From the NCBI GenBank assembly GCA_965277405.1, contig OZ255726.1, forward strand, positions 1,120,001 to 1,184,000: a DNA stretch of 64,000 bases. Direction: 5' to 3'. The stretch is from Gammaproteobacteria bacterium. Lineage in GTDB: Bacteria; Pseudomonadota; Gammaproteobacteria; G965277405. Positions within the stretch are counted from its first letter, which is position 1. Each line of letters begins with the position of its first letter. This document shows positions 39,993 to 49,774 of this stretch, in pieces. Below the pieces are notes generated by a model, which saw only the letters and a list, made by a program, of their open reading frames with translations, was not told the origin of the DNA and made no database searches. Made by a program: the position numbers and the translations under genes.

Positions 39993-42404
39993 ATGAAGTG
40001 TTCTACCCAGTGGTTACAGGCGCATCTGCAAAGCGATGAATCAATTGAGCAAATAGCTGAAACTCTGTCGTTTGCAGGGTTAGAGGTTGATTCACTACAA
40101 GCGGTTGCTGCAAAATTTGATGATGTCGTGGTGGCAGAGATACAAGAGGTAATACAGCACCCCAACGCTGATACCCTTAAACTGTGCAAGGTATTTGATG
40201 GAATACAGCGCTATCAAATTGTTTGTGGAGCGACTAATGTTCGTGTAGGTTTGCGTACAGCCTTGGCGAAAATAGGCGCGGTTCTTCCTGGAAACCTTAT
40301 TATTAAGAAATCTCATATTCGTGGAGAAGAATCGTTGGGGATGATGTGTTCAGTCCGCGAGCTGACGCTAGGTGAAGATCATGATGGCATTGTTGAAATC
40401 GATGCAAATATAGCGCTTGGCAGCAATATATATGAGTATTTCCAACTCGATGATCAAATCATTGAAATTGGCGTAACACCAAACCGTGGCGACTGCTTAA
40501 GTGTCGCAGGCATCGCCAGAGACATTGCTGCTCAGCAGCAATGCGCGCGGATCACGCCAAAAATAACACCAGTTGTAGCTAGCACAAGCTCAGCAATAGC
40601 TGTGAATGTGCATGCAACAGCAGCATGTCCAGTATTCTGTTTACGTGTTATTGATGGTATTGACCATGATGCGCAAACACCACTTTGGATGCGTGAACGG
40701 TTGCGGCGCAGTGGGGTGCGTTTAGTAAGCCCTATAGTGGATATTACCAATTATGTTATGTTGGAAATCGGCCAACCCATGCATGCATTTGAACGTGGTG
40801 CTTTTGCTGAAACGTTGCATGTGCGCTGGGCTGGTGCGGATGAACAAGTGCAACTGCTCAATGGTAAAACAATTAAACTTAGTACAGATGAACTAGTGAT
40901 AGCCAACGATACCCAAAACGATACCCAAGCTGTGGCGCTTGCTGGTGTTATGGGCAGCTTGCAATCAGAAGTATCGAGCAAATCGACGTCAATTGTGCTT
41001 GAAGCCGCGCATTTTATTCCAAATGTGATTCGCGGGAAAAGCCGCAAATTCTCTTTAAATTCCGAAGCTTCAATGCGGTTTGAGCGTGGCGTGGATTATA
41101 CATTGCCGCAGCAGGCAATTGAGTATGCGACACAATTGCTGCTTGATATTGTCGGAGGCAACGCCGGTCCTGTAGTGGTAGCCGATACAATTGAAGAGTG
41201 TTATCCAGCACAGCATGTAACACTATATTTTGCGCATTTAGATAAAGTAACGGGAACACATATAGACCCAGCAAGAGCAATCAGCATTTTAGCATCGCTA
41301 GGCTTTGTTGCTGCAGAGCAAACAGCAGATAGTATTACGGTTATTGTGCCAACATTCCGCTTTGATATTGAGCAACAAGCCGACCTCATTGAAGAAGTAT
41401 TGCGTATTTATGGCTTTGATAATATTCCAGCGAAATTGCCTAATTTTCAGATACAGGATCGTGGTAATAAGCAAATATCACAACAAGATAGTATTACAAC
41501 GGCAATGACAGTATTAGGATATCAAGAAGCGATTACCTATAGTTTTATAGATCTCAACCAGCATCTTTGGTTTGCTGACACCAGCAACGCAGTGCCTTTA
41601 CGCAACCCAATTTCAACTAGCATGTCGCATATGCGGACAAGCTTGCTGCCAGGTTTGATTCAGACATTGCAATTCAACAGCAATCGCAAGAATGTAAACT
41701 TGCGGTTTTTTGAAATAGGCGCTGTTTTTCAGCCAATTGTGGCATTATCAGCATCACCTTCACTTGAGCAAATTGATCAATTTCAAATGGTTGGGATGGC
41801 AATGATGTGCGAAAACCTGCACGGACAAGATTGGCAATCAAATGTTGCCGCGTCATGGTATCACTTAAAAGGTGATCTTGAATCTTTAATGAAACAACAC
41901 CGAACATTTGAATATCAGGCTGCAAGTCTACCAGGATTTCACCCGACACAATGTGCTCAGATTAGCGTATCTGGCAGGCAAGCCGGTGTTATAGGCAGAC
42001 TTGACCCTATATTGCAGCAGCAGCTATTCACCCAGAATGAGTCGCCAGTTTTTCTTGCTCAATTACGCTTAGACGTATTACAAACAACGGCTATAGTAGC
42101 GCCACATGTTGTTTCAAAGTTCCCAGCGGTAAGCCGCGATCTTGCTTTGGTATTGCAGCAACAAACGACATATGCAGAAGTAGCAAACAATATTCGCAAT
42201 GTGTCGTCTCATGATTTACAGTCGCTTGAAACCTTTGATGTGTTTGTTGATGAAGATAAAATTGGTGTAGGGAGGAAGAGTATTGCAATTCGACTCACTT
42301 GGAAAAAGGCTGATGGAACATATACCGTTGAGGAGATAGATGCGAAAATTGCCAGAATTTGCAAACAGTTACAAACACAGTTAGGTATCGGACTGCGTGC
42401 ATGA
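39993..42404 (+). CDS. pheT: Phenylalanine--tRNA ligase beta subunit
   Basis: HPNADTL, IVCGATN, TPNRGDCLS, RFERGVD, DLIEEVLR, SKFPAVSRDLA. Confidence 0.97.
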   Translation: MKCSTQWLQAHLQSDESIEQIAETLSFAGLEVDSLQAVAAKFDDVVVAEIQEVIQHPNADTLKLCKVFDGIQRYQIVCGATNVRVGLRTALAKIGAVLPGNLIIKKSHIRGEESLGMMCSVRELTLGEDHDGIVEIDANIALGSNIYEYFQLDDQIIEIGVTPNRGDCLSVAGIARDIAAQQQCARITPKITPVVASTSSAIAVNVHATAACPVFCLRVIDGIDHDAQTPLWMRERLRRSGVRLVSPIVDITNYVMLEIGQPMHAFERGAFAETLHVRWAGADEQVQLLNGKTIKLSTDELVIANDTQNDTQAVALAGVMGSLQSEVSSKSTSIVLEAAHFIPNVIRGKSRKFSLNSEASMRFERGVDYTLPQQAIEYATQLLLDIVGGNAGPVVVADTIEECYPAQHVTLYFAHLDKVTGTHIDPARAISILASLGFVAAEQTADSITVIVPTFRFDIEQQADLIEEVLRIYGFDNIPAKLPNFQIQDRGNKQISQQDSITTAMTVLGYQEAITYSFIDLNQHLWFADTSNAVPLRNPISTSMSHMRTSLLPGLIQTLQFNSNRKNVNLRFFEIGAVFQPIVALSASPSLEQIDQFQMVGMAMMCENLHGQDWQSNVAASWYHLKGDLESLMKQHRTFEYQAASLPGFHPTQCAQISVSGRQAGVIGRLDPILQQQLFTQNESPVFLAQLRLDVLQTTAIVAPHVVSKFPAVSRDLALVLQQQTTYAEVANNIRNVSSHDLQSLETFDVFVDEDKIGVGRKSIAIRLTWKKADGTYTVEEIDAKIARICKQLQTQLGIGLRA

Positions 42405-42721
42405 GTACAATAACAAAAGCAGATATTCGATATCAACTCGAGCGCTCTGGCAAGTTTGATTTTCTCGAGGCAAACCAAGTTGTTGATTTGTTTTTTCAAA
42501 TTCAAGCAGATACTTTAGCAAACCATAACAAGGTAAAGTTGCCAAGTATTGGCACCTTTTCAATTGTGGAAAAAAAAGCACGTTTGGGTAGAAACCCGAA
42601 AACAGGAGAAGATGCAGCAATACCTAAACACTTTACAATTATTTTTCGCAGTGGACCAAAACTGCGGAAGAAACTTATAGAGAAGTCAGCATATATTATT
42701 GAAAAAATTACAGATGGGTAA
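42401..42721 (+). CDS. ihfA: Integration host factor alpha subunit (divergent)
   Basis: TITKADI, RLGRNPKTGE, FRSGPKLR; ATGA overlap with pheT. Confidence 0.9.
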   Translation: MSTITKADIRYQLERSGKFDFLEANQVVDLFFQIQADTLANHNKVKLPSIGTFSIVEKKARLGRNPKTGEDAAIPKHFTIIFRSGPKLRKKLIEKSAYIIEKITDG

Positions 42722-42745
42722 TACCAGTGGCTATTATGACGTTAT

Positions 42746-42819
42746 CGGGGCGTAGCGCAGTTTGGTAGCGCACCACGCTGGGGGTGTGGGGGTCGTAGGT
42801 TCAAATCCTGCCGTCCCGA
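42746..42819 (+). tRNA. tRNA-Pro (anticodon GGG)
   Basis: CGGGGCGTAGCGCAGTTTGGTAGCGC, CCACG-CTGGGGG-TGTGG, GGTTCAAATCC; followed by TCA. Confidence 0.95.
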
Positions 42820-43127
42820 TCAATCAGCAACAGTCAAACTATGTTATAAACAATATTCAATAACAATAAAGTAAATGTTTATTAACTCCATGATAGAGCA
42901 ATCTACGGCTCTACAGATGGGGCACCTATTTATTACTAACAGGAAGGATACAGGTTATTACTGATGGGAAAGGTACAGGCACTGCTTGTTACAATCCATA
43001 ATCATAATGGAATAATGCTGCCAGCAAGCTGTTGTTACAACGTTATACGCGCTTATATGGCTATGAGCGCCAAATACTTCACTTTCTCCTCCTGTGCCGT
43101 ATACGTGTCGTTTATCAGCAGAAAATT

Positions 43128-43703
43128 TTGAGTAACTCAGCTGAACTCACTGCATTGGCAAAACGCGCGCAAACAGGTGACAAAGCTGCATATAAGGAGT
43201 TTCTGGTACAAATAAACACGCATATTAAGAAAATCGTGTATTTTAGATGGTGGGGAGATTATCAATACAGAGAAGATATTGCGCAAAATATCTTATTAGC
43301 GCTGCATACCAGCTTTCATACATATGATGCAGAACGCCCTATTCTTCCTTGGGTGAATACCATCGCCATATACCGCATAGCATATTTTTCACGCAAGCAT
43401 GCTAAAATACGGCAAGAAAACTTATACAGTTTTTTAGAAGAAGAAGAATCAAGCGAAAACTATGTGCCCGTAGACCCGATTGATGAGTATCAGCAACAAG
43501 AAATGCAGGACTTGGTTGAAAAGGCTTTACAAATGCTACCAAGCAAACAAGCAGATATTGTGCGTAAACTAAAAATTGAAGAAATGAGTTTACAGCAAAT
43601 ATCTGATGAAACAGGGATGTCTGTCGGTTCTATTAAGATTACGGCACACCGAGCGTATAAGAAACTTAGCGATTTTTTTAATAAACAAGAAAAAAACATG
43701 TAA
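43128..43703 (+). CDS. ECF sigma factor (start uncertain; TTG 43128 chosen)
   Basis: AQTGDKAAYKEFL, EDIAQNILLALH..HTYD..PWVNTIA, LQMLPSKQ, SVGSIKITAHRAYKKL. Confidence 0.88.
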   Translation: MSNSAELTALAKRAQTGDKAAYKEFLVQINTHIKKIVYFRWWGDYQYREDIAQNILLALHTSFHTYDAERPILPWVNTIAIYRIAYFSRKHAKIRQENLYSFLEEEESSENYVPVDPIDEYQQQEMQDLVEKALQMLPSKQADIVRKLKIEEMSLQQISDETGMSVGSIKITAHRAYKKLSDFFNKQEKNM

Positions 43704-43758
43704 CTTATCAGGATTATTGCATGAACGTAACTTTATAACGTATAGTAAACGAAGAAAA

Positions 43759-44502
43759 ATGAAAGAATCAAGATTGCAGAATCACAAGATTGCGACAACA
43801 ACGTTGATTGATACACTTGTTGCAGATTTACAGCCAGTACAACCATTTCAAGTAAGTAAACACGTTAAACACTGGCTATTAGGGACATTTATCTTCTTGA
43901 TTGCGTATGTGTTTGTGGTAAAAGGCATCCGTGACGACTTGGTATTGCAGCTATTGCAACCAACTTTCTGGCTGACAATGTTCATTGCAGGGTGCACAGT
44001 GATCACGGCAGTATTGCACACGATGATGATTGCAATCCCAGGCTATATTAGCAAAGTGCGATATACGGCTCCAATTTTTCTGTCTGTGTTGATTGCGGTG
44101 TTAGGCCATGGTTTACTTGTTAATTTTATTGAATACCCGCAAGGCTTTTTATTCTTCTACAACGACTGGTCGATTGCGATTGAAACGCTAGTGCTTGGAA
44201 CGGTGCCATTTTTATTGTTACGCTATTATGTTGTTTCACTTTTGCCTACACAGCCAGTTGTAACAACATTTTGGTGTGCTGTTGCAAGCTATACCGCGGC
44301 AGCAACAATGATGCGCTTTCATTACGACAGAATGTGGGGACCAATAGACGATTATTGTTCCATAGTTGTATGGGTATATCTGCCTGTTATATTTGCATGC
44401 CTTTGTATAACCGCTGTGGCCGCTATTGTTCCTAAAATATTTAGCGCAAGACTATGCGTTCAGATATTTAGTAGTTCTTATAACAAGCAGCATATTCAAT
44501 AA
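43759..44502 (+). CDS. NrsF/DUF1109-like membrane anti-sigma factor
   Basis: TTTLIDTLVADLQPV, GIRDDL, about six TM segments; directly downstream of the ECF sigma gene. Confidence 0.7.
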   Translation: MKESRLQNHKIATTTLIDTLVADLQPVQPFQVSKHVKHWLLGTFIFLIAYVFVVKGIRDDLVLQLLQPTFWLTMFIAGCTVITAVLHTMMIAIPGYISKVRYTAPIFLSVLIAVLGHGLLVNFIEYPQGFLFFYNDWSIAIETLVLGTVPFLLLRYYVVSLLPTQPVVTTFWCAVASYTAAATMMRFHYDRMWGPIDDYCSIVVWVYLPVIFACLCITAVAAIVPKIFSARLCVQIFSSSYNKQHIQ

Positions 44503-44628
44503 TCAGCGCTTCCCTATCAGCGCTTCCCTAAATGTAAATGCTACGGCATGCACTCAGCGGTTTGCGCCTTGCAATCATCAGCAATTGCAGGCAAACTCGC
44601 TCCATCAGCGAGTTAAGCAGAGGTTCAC
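44499..44628 (+). mobile_element. Partial MITE copy 5 (3' third) preceded by a tandemly duplicated IS5-type end
   Basis: ATCAGCGCTTCCCT x2 (44502-44529), then ATGCTACGGCATG...AACTCGCTCCATCAGCGAGTTAAGCAGAGGTTCAC|CTAA. Confidence 0.8.
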
Positions 44629-44632
44629 CTAA

Positions 44633-44978
44633 CAGCCGCATTGAATCGACTTGGTACAATATATCCTCCATAGCGAAATCGCTGAGGTTAGCACCACTTG
44701 CATGACATGTACGCTCAGCAGCATTTGCAGTGGATATTGTGGTCGACCGCCTGTTTTGCGCAGGTTTGGTGTAGTGTTGGCAACAACATTGTCTAACATG
44801 CTGCCATGGAATAACCGCTGCTAATTTCTCAAGGAATATTTCTCTACAAATTTTGCGTTGCTTATCTGCGTATTTGGACTTTTGCAAATGTCATTTGCTT
44901 CATATCATATCATATCTACAAACAATAGGCTGAACATTATGGCAGATTAGTAGTTGTTTGGTGATTTTCAGAGATGCC
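44633..44978 (-). mobile_element. IS5-family element 5' remnant with truncated transposase
   Basis: KYADKQRKICREIFLEKLAAVIPW...SDFAMEDILYQVDSMR; IR-like ATTTTCAGAGATGCC at 44964-44978. Confidence 0.75.
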
Positions 44979-45135
44979 TTCAGCTTCTCAAGAAATATTT
45001 CTTTGTGGGTTTTCTGCTTCTTTATTGAATACTATCAAGCTACGAAAACTGATTTTTGCGATCTTAAAATTACCACGAATATATTTTCTCATAGTGAGAA
45101 CTATGTGTTGAAATCATTTGGTTTTTCACAGATTC

Positions 45136-45948
45136 CTATAGTTCTGCTCCCAGCCGAAACGACATCTTCCTGGCTATCTCCTGCACGCTGCGCACAATCA
45201 GATCCTCGCCATTTTTATCTACAGATTGCTGCGACAAGCTAACCGCAACTCCTGCAATTGGGCGGTTTTCGGAATTCAGTACGGACGCGCCGAAGCAAAT
45301 CATTCCATCTTTGACTTGCTGGTTGTCGATCGAATAGCCGCGTCCACGGATTTGTTTCAATTCACGCATAAGTTGTGAAAAATCCTGCACACTATGGTCA
45401 GTCAGCGGTTCAGGAAAACTGTTACCGATTAGTTTTCTGACCTCGGTGTCGCTCATGTAACTTAACAACGATTTTCCAGTTGCCGTGAACGCGGCAGGAA
45501 GGAGCATTCCGCTGTGAAAATCGAAGCCCACTGGCAATTTTGAGTTGCGGACAGCGAGATAGACCACCTCTGACCCTTCTAGAACCGAAAGCGTGATAGT
45601 GGCACCAGGTAGTTGGCTGCTTTCATCCAAGATCCTTACAAACTCAATTGCCAAATCAGATTCTTGGACGAACCGATTCGCCCAGCGCATGACATGTGGT
45701 CCCAAAAAATAGGTTTGACCCGTCCTGCAAACCAGTAAATTTAGCTCAATCAGTGTCTTGCATAGTCCATGAACGCTGCTTTTTGCTAAGCCAACCCTAG
45801 CAGCAATCTCAGTGATGGTCAGGTTTTGTTTTGACGTAGCAACAACGTCGAGAATACTCACCCCACGCGCTAGTGCCGGGACCAGTTTATGACTGCCCTC
45901 AAGTTTATTGAAAGTCGTTTGTGTTTTTTTAGTGCTTTTTATGTCCAA
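45136..45948 (-). CDS. blcR: IclR-family regulator, BlcR/AttJ-like
   Basis: VPALARGVSILD, LAKSSVHGL, GPHVMRWAN, LPAAFTATGK, RGYSIDNQQVKDGM; divergent from the lactonase operon. Confidence 0.8.
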   Translation of the reverse strand: MDIKSTKKTQTTFNKLEGSHKLVPALARGVSILDVVATSKQNLTITEIAARVGLAKSSVHGLCKTLIELNLLVCRTGQTYFLGPHVMRWANRFVQESDLAIEFVRILDESSQLPGATITLSVLEGSEVVYLAVRNSKLPVGFDFHSGMLLPAAFTATGKSLLSYMSDTEVRKLIGNSFPEPLTDHSVQDFSQLMRELKQIRGRGYSIDNQQVKDGMICFGASVLNSENRPIAGVAVSLSQQSVDKNGEDLIVRSVQEIARKMSFRLGAEL

Positions 45949-46031
45949 AGCCCATTCCTATTTGCGCGTTTGATAAAACTTGCTGAACTGTATCAGTAGA
46001 GTGGCAGCAGTCCTTGCAATAGAGAATTTGT

Positions 46032-46045
46032 TTCAGTATACTGAA
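46032..46045. promoter_or_regulatory. Palindromic candidate IclR operator
   Basis: Perfect palindrome TTCAGTATACTGAA in the divergent intergenic region. Confidence 0.6.
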
Positions 46046-46176
46046 TTGCGTTCAAAGGAGAAAGAAGTTGCAAATCTTACCAGTATTTAACAGTCCTAGC
46101 GTAGTTTACCACTGCTACATAGAATTTGACACATCCGCAATTGTAACCGAAAAAACCAATATGGAAAGAGCGGCTG

Positions 46177-46566
46177 ATGGTAGATGAAGCGCGGGATTGG
46201 GTGATTAAGTTCAGTGAGGCATCCGACAATAATGCTACGATCGGTGCGATGTCGCGTTATTTCACCTGCACTTACATGTTAGACATGGAATATCGCCGCA
46301 TGATTGTTGAGATGATTGACGGCAAAGTATACCGTATCAATATTAACCCTAGCGGGATGGACGCCTATGATTTTGCGTTGAGAGCCAGTGCGGCGACATG
46401 GCGAGAATTTGCCCGCCCCATTCCGAAACCGATGTTCCATGGCATATGGTCAGCTAGCTTTCGTAAAGATTTAAAAATCGAAGGCAACACTTTGGTGCTG
46501 ATGCAAAATTTGCGCAATTTCACGATTCAGTTCGAATTGCTGCGCGTGGTTGGCGTGCCTGTATGA
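46177..46566 (+). CDS. Small hypothetical protein, possible SCP2-like lipid-binding fold
   Basis: DFALRASAATWREF..P.P.FHGIW..LKIEGN pattern; precedes an alpha/beta hydrolase. Confidence 0.55.
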   Translation: MVDEARDWVIKFSEASDNNATIGAMSRYFTCTYMLDMEYRRMIVEMIDGKVYRININPSGMDAYDFALRASAATWREFARPIPKPMFHGIWSASFRKDLKIEGNTLVLMQNLRNFTIQFELLRVVGVPV

Positions 46567-46608
46567 GCATCAATATATTGCAAAAATCCCAGATCACAAC
46601 GGGCTGAA

Positions 46609-47463
46609 ATGGTAACTCATTCTCCCGTAACAGGACGATTTGTGACAATTGACGTCGATGGCTGTGAATACAAGGTGTTCTACTTACAAAACGGCAGTGG
46701 AGTGCCGTTGCTATGCCAGCATACGGCTGGCTGTCACAACCTCCAGTGGCGCGACCTGTTGGAAGACCATGAGATTACGTCCAGATATAACGTAATCGCA
46801 TACGACCTGCCACGCCACGGCAAATCTGATCCTCCTCACAACAAGGAATGGTGGAAGGAAGAGTACTTGCTGACAGCCGACCACTTTGTCAACTTCATCA
46901 TTAAACTATGCGACGCTCTGGAGCTTGATAATCCGATTTTTATGGGTTCATCGTTTGGAGGTAACGTTGCGTTGCAACTGGCGCTGCGCCATCCTGATCG
47001 TTTTCGCGCTGTCATTCCAGTTGAATCAGCCGAACATGCGCCAGGTTTCTACCTTGATCTGTGGCGTCATCCCCATGCAAATGCGGCACAGGTTTGTGCC
47101 AGTGGTGTTTGGGATCTTATGGCACCACAAAGCCCTGACTTGGATCGCTGGTTGACTTGGCATTATTATACTCAAGGCTCAGAAGCATTCAAAGGCGATC
47201 TGTATTTCTATTCGGTTGAACATGATTTGCGCGACAAGCTTGGACAAATAGACACCAGGCGCTGTCCCGTCATCATGATGACAGGAACCTATGACTATCT
47301 AACACCGCCCGAGGTCACCGAGGAGACAGCACGGAAAATTGCTGGCGGAATTTATATTGAGATGGAAGACATTGGGCATTTTCCTATGAGCGAGAATTAT
47401 CCTCTGTTCCGAGAATACCTGCGCGAGGCGCTGCGAATCATTGAGGATCGAACTGATGGATGA
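46609..47463 (+). CDS. Alpha/beta hydrolase
   Basis: HTAG, YDLPRHGKS, nucleophile motif GSSFGG, GTYDY, GHFPM. Confidence 0.9.
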   Translation: MVTHSPVTGRFVTIDVDGCEYKVFYLQNGSGVPLLCQHTAGCHNLQWRDLLEDHEITSRYNVIAYDLPRHGKSDPPHNKEWWKEEYLLTADHFVNFIIKLCDALELDNPIFMGSSFGGNVALQLALRHPDRFRAVIPVESAEHAPGFYLDLWRHPHANAAQVCASGVWDLMAPQSPDLDRWLTWHYYTQGSEAFKGDLYFYSVEHDLRDKLGQIDTRRCPVIMMTGTYDYLTPPEVTEETARKIAGGIYIEMEDIGHFPMSENYPLFREYLREALRIIEDRTDG

Positions 47464-47499
47464 CGGGCTTGCTAACACTGTGAACAAGAATGTTGACCG

Positions 47500-48426
47500 A
47501 TGAAGATTCTTGAATTTAACGAGCGTGGGCTGCAGGTCGAGCGGGATTCGAAATTGGTTCGTCAAATGGATTCGCTCAGCCATCTGGCGGTGCCACCAAA
47601 TCTGACACGGGCAGATCACGAACGACCTCACGTACAGTCAGACATGCAACTTTACATGTTCCAGACTGGCATCCTACGCACCAAAACTAAGTATATCAAG
47701 TTGAACCAAGGCGAGGAAAATTTCGAAATCCCAGTGCCGTGGTTCCTGATCAAGCATCGCAAGGGTATTGTGGTCATTGATGGTGGCAACGCCATTGAAG
47801 TTGCCATCGACAAGCGTGCGCATTGGGGGGCTGTTTGTGATACCTATGACCCAATTATGAACGTCGACGAAACCTGTGTCGAGCAATGTCGCTTGGTGGG
47901 GGTTGAGCCAGCAGATGTTCGTTTTGTAGTGCAGTCACATCTGCATCTAGACCATTCTGGTGCCGTGGGCCGGTTCCCCAACGCCCAGCATATCGTGCAG
48001 CGATTAGAGTATGATTATGCCTTCAACCCAGACTGGTTTTCCGCGGGAGCTTATATTCGAGCCGATTTTGACCGCCCAGGGTTAGATTGGAAATTTCTGG
48101 GAGGGGTGTACACAGATAATTTCGATCTGTTTGGTGATGGCACAATCCGCATGATCTTCACGCCAGGTCATTCGCCTGGGCATCAATCATTCTTGATTAC
48201 CCTACCGAACACCGGAGCTGTACTACTGACAATTGATGCAGCTTATACGCTGGATCATTGGCACGACAAGGCATTACCTGGGCTGAACTGCTCGGCTGTA
48301 GATACTGCCCACTCAGTCGCCAAGCTTCACAAAATTGCAAAAGACACCGGCGCAATCGTAGTCACTGGGCATGACCCGGATAACTGGGAGACGTTTCGAA
48401 AAGCCCCACGAGGTTTTTATGATTGA
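47500..48426 (+). CDS. attM: AttM/BlcC-family N-acyl-homoserine lactone / gamma-butyrolactone lactonase (alternative start 47644)
   Basis: EIPVPWFLI, IDGGNAIEVA, QSHLHLDHSGAVGRFPNA, TPGHSPGHQS, TIDAAYTLDHW, VTGHDP, closely matching AttM as recalled. Confidence 0.9.
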   Translation: MKILEFNERGLQVERDSKLVRQMDSLSHLAVPPNLTRADHERPHVQSDMQLYMFQTGILRTKTKYIKLNQGEENFEIPVPWFLIKHRKGIVVIDGGNAIEVAIDKRAHWGAVCDTYDPIMNVDETCVEQCRLVGVEPADVRFVVQSHLHLDHSGAVGRFPNAQHIVQRLEYDYAFNPDWFSAGAYIRADFDRPGLDWKFLGGVYTDNFDLFGDGTIRMIFTPGHSPGHQSFLITLPNTGAVLLTIDAAYTLDHWHDKALPGLNCSAVDTAHSVAKLHKIAKDTGAIVVTGHDPDNWETFRKAPRGFYD

Positions 48427-48531
48427 ATGAACCATGGGTGCATGGAGGCACTCGTTTCACAGCTCCGAGCCGAACACGGTATAGGAGTAATAAAGGCCAA
48501 GCTATTTTGGTCGTAACCAACGGAGGTAAAA

Positions 48532-49713
48532 ATGAATATGCTTAAAATAAATCAACTTAAATCTATTGCCATGGCAATAGTGGGGCTGGCAATCAGTGCT
48601 GTCGCTACTGCAGGAGGGCTTGACGACATCGATCAGGAAGTGCGTGCGCGCTTGTATGACCCAGAAATGACTGACCCATCCCAACCAGTCGAGGCTAGCA
48701 TCTATGCTGACTTCGTGGCTAAAAACCCACCGCCTTGGACCATCGGCTACGCCAGTTCCTATGCTGGCAACACTTGGCGTGCTGGTGTCATGGCACAGTT
48801 GCAGAACGAAATCATTCCGCGCTGGCAAGAGCTTGGATTGATTAAAGAGGTTATTATCACGCAATCTAACCTCAAGGATGCTACCCAGATCCAACAGATG
48901 CGCCAACTGGTTGACCGGGGTGTCGATGCGATCATTGTGTGCTGTTCAAACCCAACCGCGCTGAATCAAACGGCAAAATATGCCTATGACCAGGGAGTGC
49001 CGACCTTCTCGCTGACGGGATATCTGACATCACCATACGCGGTAAATTCGTCGGTGAACTACCAGAAGGCTGGATTTGAAATTGGCAAATTGATGGCCGA
49101 ACAACTGAATGGTTCGGGCAACGTTCTTGTGGTTGAGGGTATCCCTGGCACATCTGGTTCTGACAGCCAAGATCGAGGTGTAAAGGCTGGCCTTGCCACG
49201 GCCGAAGGAGTTAAAGTTGTGGGATCTATTGCTGGAATGTGGACCGACCAGGTGGCCCAAGGTGAATTGCAGAAGTGGCTGGCAACACACCCAGGTAAAC
49301 TGGATGGCATCGTTGTCCAGTCTGCGGCTGAAATGGGCGTTTTGCGTGCACTAGCGCAATCTGGGCGCGACAACATCCCTGTTTCCATCGGTGGCGAACT
49401 GGGAGCGCTTTGCTACTGGCGCAACAACCCAGACTATATTTCAGCTGCAATCCAGACCTGGCCTCCGCAGGATGAGATAGAGCTTATCTGGGACATCATG
49501 ATGCGCACCCTCCAGGGACAAGGACCAAAGATACAATCTATCATGGTCGAGCCGGTGACTATTTCCTTTGACGAACTCAAAGGGGTCATGGGCAAGGATT
49601 GCAGCCAGAATACTGCCGACTGGCTACCCGTTGGCAAGGACAGATGGGGCGGGCAAGCCTATCTGGATGGGTTCTTCCTGCGCCCTGCCGATCCTACGGT
49701 TTACAAGCCTTAA
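48532..49713 (+). CDS. ABC transporter substrate-binding protein (sugar-type fold)
   Basis: Signal peptide, PPWTIGYASSYAGNTWR, QIQQMRQLVDRGVDAIIV; GGAGG RBS. Confidence 0.88.
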   Translation: MNMLKINQLKSIAMAIVGLAISAVATAGGLDDIDQEVRARLYDPEMTDPSQPVEASIYADFVAKNPPPWTIGYASSYAGNTWRAGVMAQLQNEIIPRWQELGLIKEVIITQSNLKDATQIQQMRQLVDRGVDAIIVCCSNPTALNQTAKYAYDQGVPTFSLTGYLTSPYAVNSSVNYQKAGFEIGKLMAEQLNGSGNVLVVEGIPGTSGSDSQDRGVKAGLATAEGVKVVGSIAGMWTDQVAQGELQKWLATHPGKLDGIVVQSAAEMGVLRALAQSGRDNIPVSIGGELGALCYWRNNPDYISAAIQTWPPQDEIELIWDIMMRTLQGQGPKIQSIMVEPVTISFDELKGVMGKDCSQNTADWLPVGKDRWGGQAYLDGFFLRPADPTVYKP

Positions 49714-49725
49714 CACAATGAAACT

Positions 49726-49756
49726 TCGGACCGACCTTATAGATAGGGCGGTCCGA
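49726..49756 (+). terminator. Intercistronic stem-loop
   Basis: TCGGACCG...CGGTCCGA inverted repeat after the binding-protein gene. Confidence 0.55.
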
Positions 49757-49774
49757 TTATTTAGGTAAAATGCT

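Noticed and set aside
42721-42746. Absence of the MerR-family gene often found between ihfA and tRNA-Pro
   Set aside because: Simple gene loss or lineage variation; nothing more can be supported from the sequence.
43699-43735. ECF-type promoter (TGTAAC...CGTAA) between sigma and anti-sigma genes
   Set aside because: Spacing of about 21 bp is too long.
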